DNA of 64,000 bases from Octopus sinensis (Eukaryota): the NCBI RefSeq assembly GCF_006345805.1, contig NC_043015.1:27094001-27158000 (forward strand), written 5' to 3'. Numbering within the stretch: position 1 is the first letter of the stretch; each line of letters begins with the position of its first letter. The position numbers were made by a program, and so were the translations under genes. The notes beneath the pieces are model-generated. The model was not told the origin of the DNA. It saw nothing but the letters and a program-made list of their open reading frames with translations, and did not search any database. This document shows positions 26,701 to 39,691 of this stretch, piece by piece.

Positions 26701-28184
26701 GGTGGATTTAGCAAACAACCAGCTTTTGAGAAGGTAAAAAAACACAATAAAATAAAATAAAATATGATAAACAAATAAATAAATGAGTGGTGAGGTGTCA
26801 TGGTTGGAAGTGTAAGCACTTGAGTTGGTGCCAAACCCGTACAGGACAGAGATGATGGCAGATAAAGTTAAAGATTGCGGAAAGGAAAGGAAATAGTTTG
26901 GTTGGCTTTTAAGAAATTTGAAAAAGGGAAAAAAATATTCGTAAAGTGTTTGAGTGATTTGTTTGTAAAATATTTCACTTAATTATTTAAAACATTCAGA
27001 AGAAGAAGAAGAAGAAGAAGAAGAAGAAAATATCAACGAAATTTCTATTTTCTTTGTTTTTATTTTGGGCTTCTTTATATCGAAGAAATAATTTCTTTTT
27101 ATGGTCACATGGGCAACAAATCACGTGGCATTACAAGAACTAACTACAAATACTTTGGACGTTTCCACCACAAAAAGAATTGTGACAATAAATGGGGAGC
27201 AGGAGCAGCAGGAAGAGGAGGAGAAGGCACAGGACAATGAAGATGATGATAATGACGATGGTGAAGACGACGAAGAAGACGACAACAACGATAACGGGGA
27301 GGAGGAGAAGGAAGGGGATTTCGTTTGCCATTGGGACCATGGAAGAGGAACGTTGCAAAAACAGATGGCAAAAATGTGCGACAATTTGCATAAAAACAGT
27401 GTAAAAATAGAAAATAAAAAGACTAGAAAAATAGTATAAATATATACAATGTATATAAATATGTGTAAAGGCGGGGATCTCCACTTGGGAATAAACAAGA
27501 AACCCCACAAATTCAAAACCATCTTGAACTCCTGGTAACCACTCAGAACAGACTCATTCACACGTGCCATATTCGCTATTCAACACAGTTCTATTTCCAA
27601 TGTGAACTTGAAGAAGTCGATTGAAGAAAATATCTGTCTTCAGTCTTTCCAGTCTCGTCCACCATACAGCTCTGACCACGACCAGACAAAGAGAAACCCT
27701 CTGGTCTTCCCAGTTAAAGAAAGGCGACAAGGTCAACTTCTAGATGGACTCGATCGACAGACTGATCTGTCTTATACAAGGTAATTGTTGAACAAAATTC
27801 CACAAGTCCGAATGGTCGGATACTGAAGGAATGAAGGACACCTTGGAGATGTTCGGTTGACTACACTTCCCTTCCTGTAGAATTAATGTCAAACTGATAA
27901 AATTCCTTGGTAGAATAAATGTCACTAGAACTAAAAGGCCGAGTAACATTCTGCTTAAATAATGGAACTGCAGATACAATATCCCTGTATATACCACATC
28001 TGTTTCCATTCCTCCACTTTACTCTCTATTTCATATCTTCTCCCGAATATTTATTGCTTAACCACCTTCTCGCACCGTCTCCGATGAAGGGATATATAAA
28101 ATATCCCGGAAACAGCTGTAAGACTTTCGCTTTATAAATGTTCTGAAATCTTTCACAGCCTTGGATTTTTATCTCATTGTGTTA

Positions 28185-28245
<61 letters not shown>

Positions 28246-28349
28246 GTGTGTGTGTGTGTGTGTGCATGAATATATACATATATTTATAAATATAGTTGGA
28301 AATGGGTACGTGGCGTACAATTAAACAATAAATAGTAAATAATATATAC

Positions 28350-28405
<56 letters not shown>

Positions 28406-28425
28406 TATATATGTATATATATATA

Positions 28426-28600
28426 GGAGTCAGTCGCCATGATAGATCGTTAGCCACTACACATTGTTTTTCTGTGTCCCTTTCTGTAGAAGAGCGTAGG
28501 CTTGAAACGTAAAAGACTTTTTCTATTTCTGAGTGTTATACTAATACATGTTTGTTTTGTACACCACCTGTCTTCGTTTTTTTTTTTCGTTAATTCTCCC
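28426..28600 (+). mobile_element. Short (TA)n-flanked repeat carrying a minimal hammerhead variant; same family as 60265-60440
   Basis: Shares GAAGAGCGTAGGCT(T/C)GA(A/G)ACGTAAAAGAC and ACTAATACATGTTTGTT..CTGTCTTCGT with 60265-60440. The HHR-like motif is at 28480-28515. Confidence 0.7.
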
Positions 28601-29857
28601 TATATATATATATATATTCTTTCGTTCATTCATTTATATATTGATAGATTGATTGATTTATAGCCATCTCTGACAGATTTTTCAGGGCAGATTCTTCCCA
28701 GATTTCATTGTAACAGTGTCGTAACTGTTGTTATTGTTGTTGTTGTTGTTGTTGTTGTTGTTCTTGTTCTTGTTGTTGATGATGATGATTATATTGTTGT
28801 TGTTGTTGGTGGTGGTGGTGGTGGTGGTGGTGACGGTGGTGGTGCTGCTGCTGCTGTTTGTACTTACCCTTTTACTCAGGCATTTGCATTCTATTGCTGT
28901 TATTGTTGTAGGTCTTATAGAACCCTACGTTGACCCTGATTCTACCCAACGATTAACCAAGTCATTCTCACCCTGACCATCCATATTTATTTCAGACATT
29001 ATGTATTCTCCTTTTTAGATAGTAGGTTTTACTTGAGGTATATTTGGTTGTTATTTCTAGCAAAACAAATGACTTCATTGAGGCTTCCTTCACTTCATTG
29101 ACATCTACGGGATTTATTAATTAGTGTAACTATTAAAGTTCATTAACGATTCAACTAAGTAAACATTAATTATAAATAATACTTAGTCAAGTTAACGAGT
29201 TTCGCACCAGCAAATCTATGATTGGAGTTGAATTAGTGTTTATACACTTCATATCGTAAATTAGTAGAGATGGCAGTTTAATTAGAAATTAATAATTAGT
29301 TTGAAGTGCGAAAATAAACATTGTAAAGTAAATTTCTATATTATCGACCATTTTCTCTGTTTATTGACAAACAGACAGACGTATTAGACGACATTTCGAA
29401 GTAAAAATTAATATCTCGAATTTGTATTCATATGCCTACGGCTATTGAGAGTATGTGTTGTTGTTCCTTTTCTTATTGCTGTTGTTGTCGTTGTTGTCTT
29501 TCTTGTTGATGCTGTTGTTGTTGTTGCTTTAAACCCCCAAGTCAATCATAATTAACTATTCAAGCTGTAGCCATACCAGCGGTTTTTGTGTAACGAAGGG
29601 TAATCCAACCTGTCGGATGTCCTGCCGTCGTGCAGCGTTTTTATTTCACAGAAATTTCAGTTCACTGAGTTTATTGGAGTTATTTCCCTTCCCTGTTTTC
29701 CTTTTTGTTTAGTATTTTTAATGTTAACAACCCTAAAGGGAATTTTTGCCTTCTTACTGCATCAATAATCTCACTCAATCGAAGATTTTTTACTCACTTG
29801 CAAGATATGTATATATATATATATATACTTATATATATATATAATATATATATATAT

Positions 29858-29915
<58 letters not shown>

Positions 29916-29924
29916 AAGAGAGAG

Positions 29925-30720
29925 GAATTACCCACCATCACTAACTGATATAGGTTTTCAACGTGCCCTGCAACTCAACGTCCACGAACTCAAACATCCC
30001 AAACTAAAGAATGAATTACAACTAAAAGACCAACCATACATATCCACACACAACCCCCTAGAGGATGAGACCTTCGACACCATCTTCCAAAACATTTCTT
30101 TTCTATAAAGGGACCATAGAATGAATCAAATCCTTTAAACGCACACCATTATAAAGAGCTAAAGAAACAGCTCAAGTCAATGAAAAGTATTCTAGCACGA
30201 ACCCAGGTACACTCGTCAACAACATCGATATTGACAGTAAAAAAATGCAGAAGATCTAAGTGGTATTTGCGTCCACCTAACTGAGGAATCGGAGTTCTCC
30301 TTCAAATAGGGTTAATGTTTTAAAGTAAAAAACAAATTCACATGTGCTTTGCAAAACTTAATATATGTGTTAACTTGCTCAGGGTGTCGTGCGCAATACG
30401 TTGGTAAAACTAAAAACAGTATACGCCAGAGGATGACCTCACATAGATCCCAGATTGAAATACGGGAATACAGAAAAATAGCATTTGGGCCACTAATCAG
30501 TAACCCAACTTTAGAATTTTTCCCCTCTATAAATTTAGGAGCAACGCAACCTATAATCAGCGCATTAGCCAAAAATCATGTTTTATCGCAAAGTATAAAC
30601 TTCTTTTCAATGCTTCCACCACAGATGACACTACTACAAAGATCTTTGAATAATACAATAATACCCACGTGAATATTAAAAACGATAGATATATTCAGAA
30701 ACCTCGCTGCCCACGAATTT
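29925..30720 (+). mobile_element. Penelope-like element C-terminal fragment with GIY-YIG endonuclease
   Basis: NYP..GFQRAL..PYISTHNP (thumb/linker) followed by QNLIYVLTCSGCRAQYVGKT..RQRMTSHRSQI (GIY-YIG with CxxC insert). Confidence 0.8.
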
Positions 30721-31278
30721 ATTTAGAACCATCCCTACTACTACTGCTATTACAACCACAACAGGTTACTGTGAGGCTCTTGACCATTAAGGCTGATTCC
30801 ACGGAGAACCTTTACTACTGGATAATACTACTCCCACCTTTTGCTTTCTCTTCATCTTCTTTCTCTTCTTCTTCTTCTTCTTTTTCTTCTTCTTCTTCTT
30901 CTTCTTCTCCTTCTTCTTCTTCTTTTTCGCCTTACCTTTCTTCTTCTTCGCCTTCTCCTTCTTCGGCTGCTGCTACTTAAACCATCATACTTCAGAATCA
31001 AATATACCTTTGCATCCATAAACATAATTTTTCAGATCTGCTTCTACCTACCTTACGAACCTTCACAGAGGAAAAGACACAGAAAATAAAAGAAAATGTC
31101 CGACCTTTTTGAAGGCTGAAGAAATATTTACAAAACATTTCACTTTTCTTAAATTTGATCGTTTTTCTAGTTAATTAATATCCACCTTTGTTTCACTCTT
31201 AGTTGAAAAAGTCGAAAAGACAGAAACCGTTACTAACCATTACAAAATGTATTTCATGATAAAATTATTTATTTTCCT

Positions 31279-31309
<31 letters not shown>

Positions 31310-31859
31310 TAATATTTAATTCTTATGCTTTCCTAAAGACTTGATTTCGAAACGTACGTCCGTAGATAACTTAAAATTGTATGATAGATTGCCGTCAATT
31401 CCTTCTCTCTTACCTGTTTGTGTCTGCCTTCCAATTGCTGTTTTTACTGAGATCTCCCTTTTTAGTAGAAGAAATAGCTATAACTCTTTGACTGCTATTT
31501 CTAAATTCGGTATGTGGTAAGGCAATTCGTTGCTAAACCCTTTATTGCTTAGTATTACTTAAATTTTCCTCGAATGAGGCTTTTACATGCCGAAGACTAC
31601 TTGGTGTAATTGATAATTATTCCAAATTAATTAATTTCACCCTTCATTATTACGGATAACCATATTTTATCTCAGTAGATGACCACAGCATCTTGTTTTG
31701 GCTACACGCGGGTGGGAAGGGGCTGGTGACACAATATTTTCATTCACGCATTGAATTTGGTGATACTAGTTGCGGATTCTAGCTCGCTCTGATACTGAGT
31801 TGAGTTGGTGCCTTCTAGTATCTCAAAATTCAATATATAATCATTTATGATTATAGTAT

Positions 31860-31960
31860 TCTACGCTGAAGAGAAAAGAAGTTTTTGGTAAGATAGAATT
31901 ATTTAATATTTAATTCTTATGCTTTCCTAAAGACTTGATTTCGAAACGTACGTCCGTAGA
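31860..31960 (+). ncRNA. Type I hammerhead ribozyme (594-nt family, copy A)
   Basis: Helix I TCTACG/CGTAGA, core CTGAAGA (31866-72), 70-nt helix II closed by G-C, GAAA (31943-46), helix III AC-GTAC-GT, GUC cleavage after 31954. Confidence 0.85.
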
Positions 31961-32453
31961 TAACTTAAAATTGTATGATAGATTGCCGTTAATTCATTCT
32001 CTCTTACCTGTTTGTGTCTGCCTTCCAATTGCTGTTTTTACTGAGATCTCCCTTTTTAGTAGAAGAAATAGCTATAACTCTTTGACTGCTATTTCTAAAT
32101 TCGGTATGTGGTAAGGCAATTCGTTGCTAAACCCTTTATTGCTTAGTATTACATAAATTTTCTTCGAATGAGGCTTTTACATGCCGAAGACTACTTGGTG
32201 TAATTGATAATTATTCCAAATTAATTAATTTCACCCTTCATTATTACGGATAACCATATTTTATCTCAGTAGATGACCACAGCATCTTGTTTTGGCTACA
32301 CGCGGGTGGGAAGGGGCTGGTGACACAATCTTTTCATTCACGCATTGAATTTGGTGATACTAGTTGCGGATTCTAGCTCGCTCTGATACTGAGTTGAGTT
32401 GGTGCCTTCTAGTATCTCAAAATTCAATATATAATCATTTATGATTATAGTAT

Positions 32454-32554
32454 TCTACGCTGAAGAGAAAAGAAGTTTTTGGTAAGATAGAATTATTTAA
32501 TATTTAATTCTTATGCTTTCCTAAAGACTTGATTTCGAAACGTACGTCCGTAGA
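32454..32554 (+). ncRNA. Type I hammerhead ribozyme (594-nt family, copy B)
   Basis: Identical motif at +594. Predicted cleavage after 32548. Confidence 0.85.
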
Positions 32555-32739
32555 TAACTTAAAATTGTATGATAGATTGCCGTCAATTCATTCTCTCTTA
32601 CCTGTTTGTGTCTGCCTTCCAATTGCTGTTTTTACTGAGATCTCCCTTTTTAGTAGAAGAAATAGCTATAACTCTTTGACTGCTATTTCTAAATTCGGTA
32701 TGTGGTAAGGCAATTCGTTGCTAAACCCTTTATTGCTTA

Positions 32740-32804
<65 letters not shown>

Positions 32805-32818
<14 letters not shown>

Positions 32819-33374
32819 GTATAGCTCTTTGCAAACTGCTCTAACAATAAATACAATCCAAACACAAAATATTCTCTCTAAAAATAATCAAGCAAACACA
32901 ACTGACAACACAAATCTTCTGGCGAGACCACCCCAATCACAAAGGACAACAAATGACGAAGAAACAAAAACTGACACAAACCAAGAAAAACCTTCAAAAC
33001 TCCAAGACTGGAACAAACTTCTAAACCAACGCAAATATGCTTATTGGAAAAGCATACGCTGTAAGAACATAGCCAACATATATCAAAACTGGCGGGACTT
33101 GAAGAACCCAATACTCCCTAGAAAATTTCTTATCAAAGAAATAAGGAGTGAAACACTAGAAGAAACAACAATACGTGCAAACCTAGCCCTCTGCCGACTA
33201 GAAACGGAAATTTCCCTTCTACAAACACGAAGCACACACCAGGAAGATAAGATTAAAACAATCGATACCGTCATAATGGCCGAGATAACAGAAAAGAACA
33301 ATAACCAAAACAAAGAAAAACTACAACAATTATGGAAAGAGGATACCAAACGCCTGGGTAATATGAAATGTTAA
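32805..33374 (+). pseudogene. Unassigned open frame, probably a retroelement ORF1/N-terminal fragment
   Basis: About 185 codons of non-repetitive, helical/charged peptide (WNKLLNQRKYAYWKS..ILPRKFLIK) starting right after (TA)n. I recognise no domain. Confidence 0.4.
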
Positions 33375-34157
33375 GATGTATTATTTAGAGCAGAAATTTA
33401 GGGTTTCTGTCAGTGCGTTTTTACGTGAGCCTTGACAACGACGACTAAAACAACAGTGAATCCCAAAATGCAGCTATAAGAATAACAACAACAAACACAG
33501 CATAACAACAACCAAGGCGTCTATTAAAGTAACCATGACAACCACAATAACAGCAACAACAATAACAATAACATCTAAAACAACAATGACTACCACAACA
33601 ACGAAAACCGCAACAATAATAACATCAATTCCAACAATTACAACAACAATAAACAAAGAACGAATCATAATTTCTTCGTATTTGTTAATCAGTGAAGAGG
33701 AAAAGTAAATTGATTGAAATAACAAAAATAATTGTATGGAAAATAAAACAAGCAATACATATATAAACAAAAATAAACAACGGTAAGAGAGAGAACATAA
33801 AGGTGGATGGTGGGAGAGCGAAGCGATGATGGAGAGGGAGAGAGAGAGTGCGAGGGAGAGAGAGAGTGCGAGGGAGAGAGAGGAGAGGAGGGAGAAAGAG
33901 ACAGGGGGGAGAGACCAAAAGAGATTATAAATTTAACACGCGATATATTGACAAACATTAAGAATGTTTGAATTCTGACAAAATCGATGAAGCGAAATAT
34001 CGATCTACATTGCAATGTTATTTAGTTAGAAACAGCCAGGCTCTCATTTCGTAATCCCATAGGGTCCCTAACTTTATATTTTATCTTTCCAGGTGGAGGT
34101 CAATAAAACAATTTTCTGCATAAAAAAATGGGATCAGCTTTCATACTTCCATGATGG

Positions 34158-34200
<43 letters not shown>

Positions 34201-34329
34201 AATGACGACGATCCCAACCCCAAGAATGCGGAATTTAGCTCTTTAAATTGTTAGTTCAAATCCTGCTGAGATCAAATTAGCCTTTCGTCCCTTTCAGGTT
34301 TGACAAAGTGAAGGACCAGTCAAGCTACC

Positions 34330-35290
34330 ACAGTTAAGCCTGTGTTCAAGTACCAGTAATAATCTACGGTTCCTTTCTCCTGTATATGAGATTCTATTCT
34401 TGTCCACCTGGCAATCTGGATCAAACCCAATCTCAAGTAATTTAACTGGTCCCTCCGTCCATCGCACAACGGCGTTGCTGGATGGTATGGATACGTCTCT
34501 GCAAATGCCAAACTACGTCTCAAGGACTTTTCCTAGTTAATGTTTTGCTCTTGTCACCGCTTCTTAATCCCTTAGCATAGTTCGATCTCTTTGATTTGTT
34601 TGGTGTCCGATATTACTACGATGACGTCGTCCGCAAACACGCATCCTCCGCATCCCACTACTCATAGGATGCGGAAAATACCCTCGAGCCCACTAATATC
34701 TACAATGGTGACTCTACATACTAAACGGTTCCGTCAAGTGACCACCGAGCAAAGTTATTGTACATTGCAGCGATCTAGCCTCTGAAGACAGGAGCGAAAC
34801 CGACCGCTTTTAAGATAGCCTCTAAGCATTAATAGTCAGACCTACAGAAAGCTTTCGACAGAACTAAATTGATTAGAGCTCCACCCATTCCAAGTACTTT
34901 ACTTACCCACTCTGTGAGGTATCACGTAAGGTGGAGGTTTTCGTGGATAGATGTTTTTGGTGTGGAGATTGCCTGTGCCTCACCCACCAGAGTATCGACG
35001 GCAAATTCAAAATCCTTGGCTAACACCTTGACCAAAATCTTCACCTCCACGTTTAGCAGTTATGGACCTGAAGGAGTTCTTCCTAAGCAGCCACACCACA
35101 ACTCTTTCCGCAGTTCTTGGAATTTTCGCGCTTTATTTACAGTTACAGTTGACATTTGTCAAGGGGACCTGAATAAATCAGGTATTGGGTTGTCCGGAAA
35201 GTTCAAGCCGATTTATAGTAGCTTACCTTTCGACTTATTTTAGAACATGGTTGATTCCCCAAAAAATAGGTATTGACTACACCTCCATTT
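34330..35290 (-). mobile_element. Tx1/L1-clade LINE RT fragment (decayed)
   Basis: LLNVEVKILVKVLAK..LVGEAQ..SIHENLH, GHLTEPFS, VFADDVIV and NINxEKS on the minus strand. Confidence 0.7.
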
Positions 35291-35369
35291 AGAGCACAGT
35301 TTTAGCTATCTTTTCGTGGAAGAAGGTTTATGTTCCTACAACCTGTGTTAATTCTGTAACCCTTTAAAA

Positions 35370-35735
35370 TGGCAGGTAAGAAAGTTAATTTTCGGCACTT
35401 GATGCTTTAGGAACCAGACAAAACTTGCTGCAGCTCGGCTGTGTTGTGTTACCCCACCCTCCATATTCACCAGATATTGCTCTTTCGGATTTCCACTTAT
35501 TCAGGTCTCTGCAGAATAGTCTTAATGGTAAAATTTTCAATTCCTTGGATGACGTAAAAAGATACCTTGCCATGAAACAACCTCAATTCTGGGAGGAGGT
35601 GTATTTTCAAGTTAAAGGAAGGATGGAGACGCATTGTGCAACAAAATGGTTCATATTTGGTTGATTAAAAATGTAATGGCACGTATTTTTTTACCTTTTT
35701 TTTCCCTTTAAAAATCGGCACAAACTTTCCGGACA
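35370..35735 (+). mobile_element. Mariner 3' fragment
   Basis: LPHPPYSPDIALSDFHLFRSLQNSLNGK (YSPDL..D motif) and a TIR-like remnant CGGCACAAACTTTCCGGACA at about 35716-35735. Confidence 0.8.
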
Positions 35736-37169
35736 TTAAAACTCGTAGAGCAAAACCAGCCAGCCACCACATCGTGAAGCTCATCATTGCTTCCCATCTT
35801 ATGTCAGCTGTTATTCGACTTTCGCCAATAATACCAGCTGGTGGTGGCGGGGATGGTGTATTTGTTGTCGTACATTTAAAGTTCTTTGGACATGACGACA
35901 AGTTGCCGTTACTTTTATGCTTTTCTTTTCTTTTCTTTTTGATGTTTTTCTTTTATGCTTTTCTTACCTACCACCTCCTTCTCCTCGTTACTTGACATAT
36001 GATCGAAAGACCACGCCGCGTAAGGGATTAGTAGAATGTCTTCTTCTCTGTGTGTATGTGAGAGAAAGAGAGAGAGAAAGAGAGAGAGATAGAGAGCGTG
36101 AGTGTTTGTATGTGCGTGTGCGTGTGTGTGTGTATGTTAAAGAGGAGATTGGGTAGAGTTGGGATCTCCCCTGGATGGTAAGAAGTTTTTCTTAATTTCG
36201 ATATTTTCCGCCACCTTAATTGCTACTGCAAACGGGATTTTTTTATGTTGAATGTTGTTTCTGCTACTATTGATGATACTAGTCTCCAAATTGAACTGTT
36301 TTGCCCCTTTTTTAAATTCTTGCTGCTACCTTCGGTGCTTCTTACGTAGTTGCACGTTCTTACTGTTGTTGCGGCGATGATTGTTGATTTTGCTCTTGTG
36401 GTTGATGTAGTAGCAGCTATGGTATCGGCAGCAGTGGGGTCTTTCATTCCATTTCTGTTGTAGTTGTGGGAGCAGAACTCTCGGAAGTGCTCAGTTGTTC
36501 AACAGAAATGACATCTTGGTCATTTACCCTCCACAGTTACTCACAGTTCTTTTCCACTGGGAATGGAGATAAGGTCTGACATCCTCTTCAACTGGTCGGG
36601 CTTTACATGGAAAAGAACTCCTGTATTGTTGCAATCCAGTTCTCCCGCCTTATACTCTTAACACCCAGGAGAGTAACACTGCCCTCCAGCACTATGGGTT
36701 CTAGCTCTGGTAGGTCATTGTACTGTGCTCTTTACTGCCCTTCATTCCAAATATGTAAGGAAGAGAATAAAATCTTCGTTGCGGCGGGCAAACACTGAAT
36801 GATGGAGTACAAGATCCTCCGTCTCACGTATGACCACGAACCTGCCGAATTACTTTGCAGTAGATATATATCCGGTGTCTTGCTATACATCCCTTCTATT
36901 TGGCCGTTTGTGGACGTTTCCAGTTGACAGGTTTTCAAACTTATGAATGTGAATGTAAGCGTTTTCTAGTTGTTGCAGCTAAGGTTTAATGGGTGGGTAC
37001 GCGGTCTTCCCTTTTTCCCCTCAATTTTCGTAAACCTAACTACATCCGTTCATGTTAAAACTCTATCATCCAGAAAGAAAGAATAGAGTTCGTTTACAAC
37101 TACGTCTGCAAAAGGTTGTCACTGATGCTGTTTGAGGAACTAGATGGGAAATTACACCTAAAACATGAA

Positions 37170-37905
37170 TAAGCATTACGCGATAAGGGTCTACACAGTC
37201 AGTGCCATATAACCACAACTGAAGTAGCTAAAACACAGAGGTTGGACTGGCTGAAGAAGGGAGCATTGTAAAACGAGATTGAGAGTACCATACTGATAGC
37301 ACTAGACCAAGCTTTGGCTACTACAAATTGGAGGGTCAACTTTAGGAATGAGCATGTGTCTCCACTGTGCCATCGTGAACGATTGCCAAAACCACTATAA
37401 GTTGTGGAAACACGATACGGAAGCGAAAGTTCTATATTGAAGACTATGTAAAAAGAGGAATCTCTAGAGAGCCGAGATGCAGTATGAGAACAAACCTCAG
37501 AGAGGGGTGAGGTTGGAGACCTGCAAAATTCTATGGGATTTCTAGTCCAAATAGATCACCTGCTGGAGCACAAGCCGGACATAGTGGTGGTGTACAAGGT
37601 GCACCACATGTGCTACATAACTGGTGTTGTGTGCCCCATTGACACATGAATAGTCAAGAAGAAAGGCTAAAAAATGGATATATACAATCGTTTTAAGTAT
37701 GAAAAAGCTCGGCTTTGGAAAATGAAGGGGAGGATAGCACCAAATATTGTTGGGTCCCTGGGACAGTAACAGAAGGCATCAAGAGGAATACAAAGGAAAT
37801 AAGAATAGTGTGCCCAGTAGAACTGTTACAAAGGGTTTGTCGCCTTGGCATGGCCAGAATCATCAATTATTAGATTGCCGAAAATAAGGTAGCATGATGC
37901 TATAA
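37170..37905 (+). mobile_element. R4/Dong-like RLE 3' fragment (strongly decayed) followed by (AAC)n(TAA)n
   Basis: WLKKG..ESTILIALDQALAT, KILWDF and HKPDIVVV. Repeats lie at 37965-38090. Confidence 0.65.
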
Positions 37906-38033
37906 GATGCAGGTAACAAAGCCGTTACTCATGCAAGATTCCACGAGTTCCAACAAAACCCGAGTTAAAAACAACAACAACAACAATATTAATAATAATG
38001 ATAATAATAATTATTATTACAATTATAATAATA

Positions 38034-38073
<40 letters not shown>

Positions 38074-38493
38074 CAATAACACCAACATCTAAGAATTAAA
38101 AAATATTCTGTAAAAAATCAAACGAACAACAGGAAAAGCATAAAAATAGGACAATAGCAAAATCAACAACAACAACAATAATACAAAAGAAAGATAACAA
38201 AACAACACAGATAACAGCAACATTAACAACAACAACAGAAGAAGAAAAAGCGACAAGAGAACGTGAAAAAACTCTACTAAAAATTGGGAAAAAAATAAAG
38301 AAATGTAAACCAGAAAAAATACCAATGATGCGGACAGCAGTAACATCAACAACAACAGCACCAAAAAATAACAACGAGATGAAAATAAAGATTAGACATA
38401 ACAACAATAAAAAAAGCCCACAAAACCAACGTAAGCCTTTATCAAAATCGGCATTAAGATGTGTATGTGTGCGTGAATATATATGTATACACA

Positions 38494-38566
<73 letters not shown>

Positions 38567-39558
38567 ATGTATATGTGTGCGTGTGTCAGTGTGTGTATGT
38601 ATATATGCATATATATATATATATGTATGTGTACATGCACCGATGTATTGTCATAAATGCATATGTGTGTCTGTATTTTTGTATACACACACACACAGAC
38701 ATACATATATGTCTTGACAAGTGCAAGAACAACAACAGCAACAATGACGACAGCATTGCCTATATAAACACTCACTAACAAACAGGATAATAAGGTGCGA
38801 TTACAACAATAGTAAATACAACGAATATATAACACATTTATAAATATGCAAATATATGCACGTACGTGCGTACACAATTATACATACTTATTCATACATA
38901 TTATACATACTTATTCATACATATATGCTTAAATACTACACACATGCTTACATGTATACGCAAACATATGCATGCATATAGCATACTTACATGCGTGCAT
39001 GCAGACATGCATATATACAAGTACATACAAGTTTACATATACACAAGCCTATATACGTACATACATTCATACATACATCCATCCACCCACCCATCCATCC
39101 ACCCATCCATCCATCCATACATACATACATACGTACGTACATTTAAATATATACATAGACGAATAACAACTACAAGAGCGAAAGCAATAACAGTGGAAAA
39201 CAAAAATGAGTAATAAGAATACATAGGAAACAACATCAACAACAACAATGCCATAATAAGTAGGATATCAAAGGAGAGTTTACTTTAGGCAAATAACAAA
39301 ACGCAAACATGGAAAGGAATTGAGTCAATATACCGGATATTTATCAAATGTGATTATTTCAAAGGTTATAAAGCGGACTGTGGAACTGAACCTGCACGTG
39401 GATATAAAGAGATGTTCAGATATGCTTACGCATATATGCATGTGTGTCTGCGTGCGTGTGTGTGTGTGTGTATGTGTGTATGTATGTATATATATATATA
39501 TACATGTATATACATATGCATGCGTTTATATGAGTAAGTATATATATATATATATATA

Positions 39559-39650
39559 CTTTATTTAAAAGCAGCAGAAAATTCAACAAAACCTGTTACT
39601 CTGAGCTTCACGTTCCCGTTCGTCGGACAGTTTTTGTGTTTACTCCGGTA
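39559..39650 (-). mobile_element. Short (TA)n-flanked element with a hammerhead-like core and AATAAA end
   Basis: The minus strand reads ACTGT-CCGACGA-ACG GGAA CGT-GAAG-CTC-AGAGT ... TTTTAAATAAAG. Confidence 0.35.
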
Positions 39651-39652
39651 TG

Positions 39653-39691
<39 letters not shown>

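Larger units (their letters stand above)
31304..32743 (+). repeat. Tandem array, 594-bp unit x about 2.4, (TA)n-flanked; retrozyme/pseudo-LTR-like
   Basis: The anchor TCTTATGCTTTCCTAAAG occurs at 31321, 31915 and 32509. About 5 substitutions separate units 1 and 2. Confidence 0.95.

Noticed and set aside
27440-28140. Possible LINE C-terminal remnant
   Set aside because: It has complex sequence but no diagnostic motif I can support.
31568-31600. Second HHR-like motif in the 594 unit (CGAATGA-GGC..GCC-GAAG)
   Set aside because: The core is non-canonical at several positions, and there is no helix I or NUH triplet.
34780-34805. CTGAAGA..CGAAAC hammerhead-like spacing
   Set aside because: There is no helix II pairing, and it lies inside the minus-strand Tx1 RT coding remnant, so it is a chance match.
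36460-36940. Possible RTE LINE tail on the minus strand
   Set aside because: Only vague motif echoes across frameshifts; not enough support.
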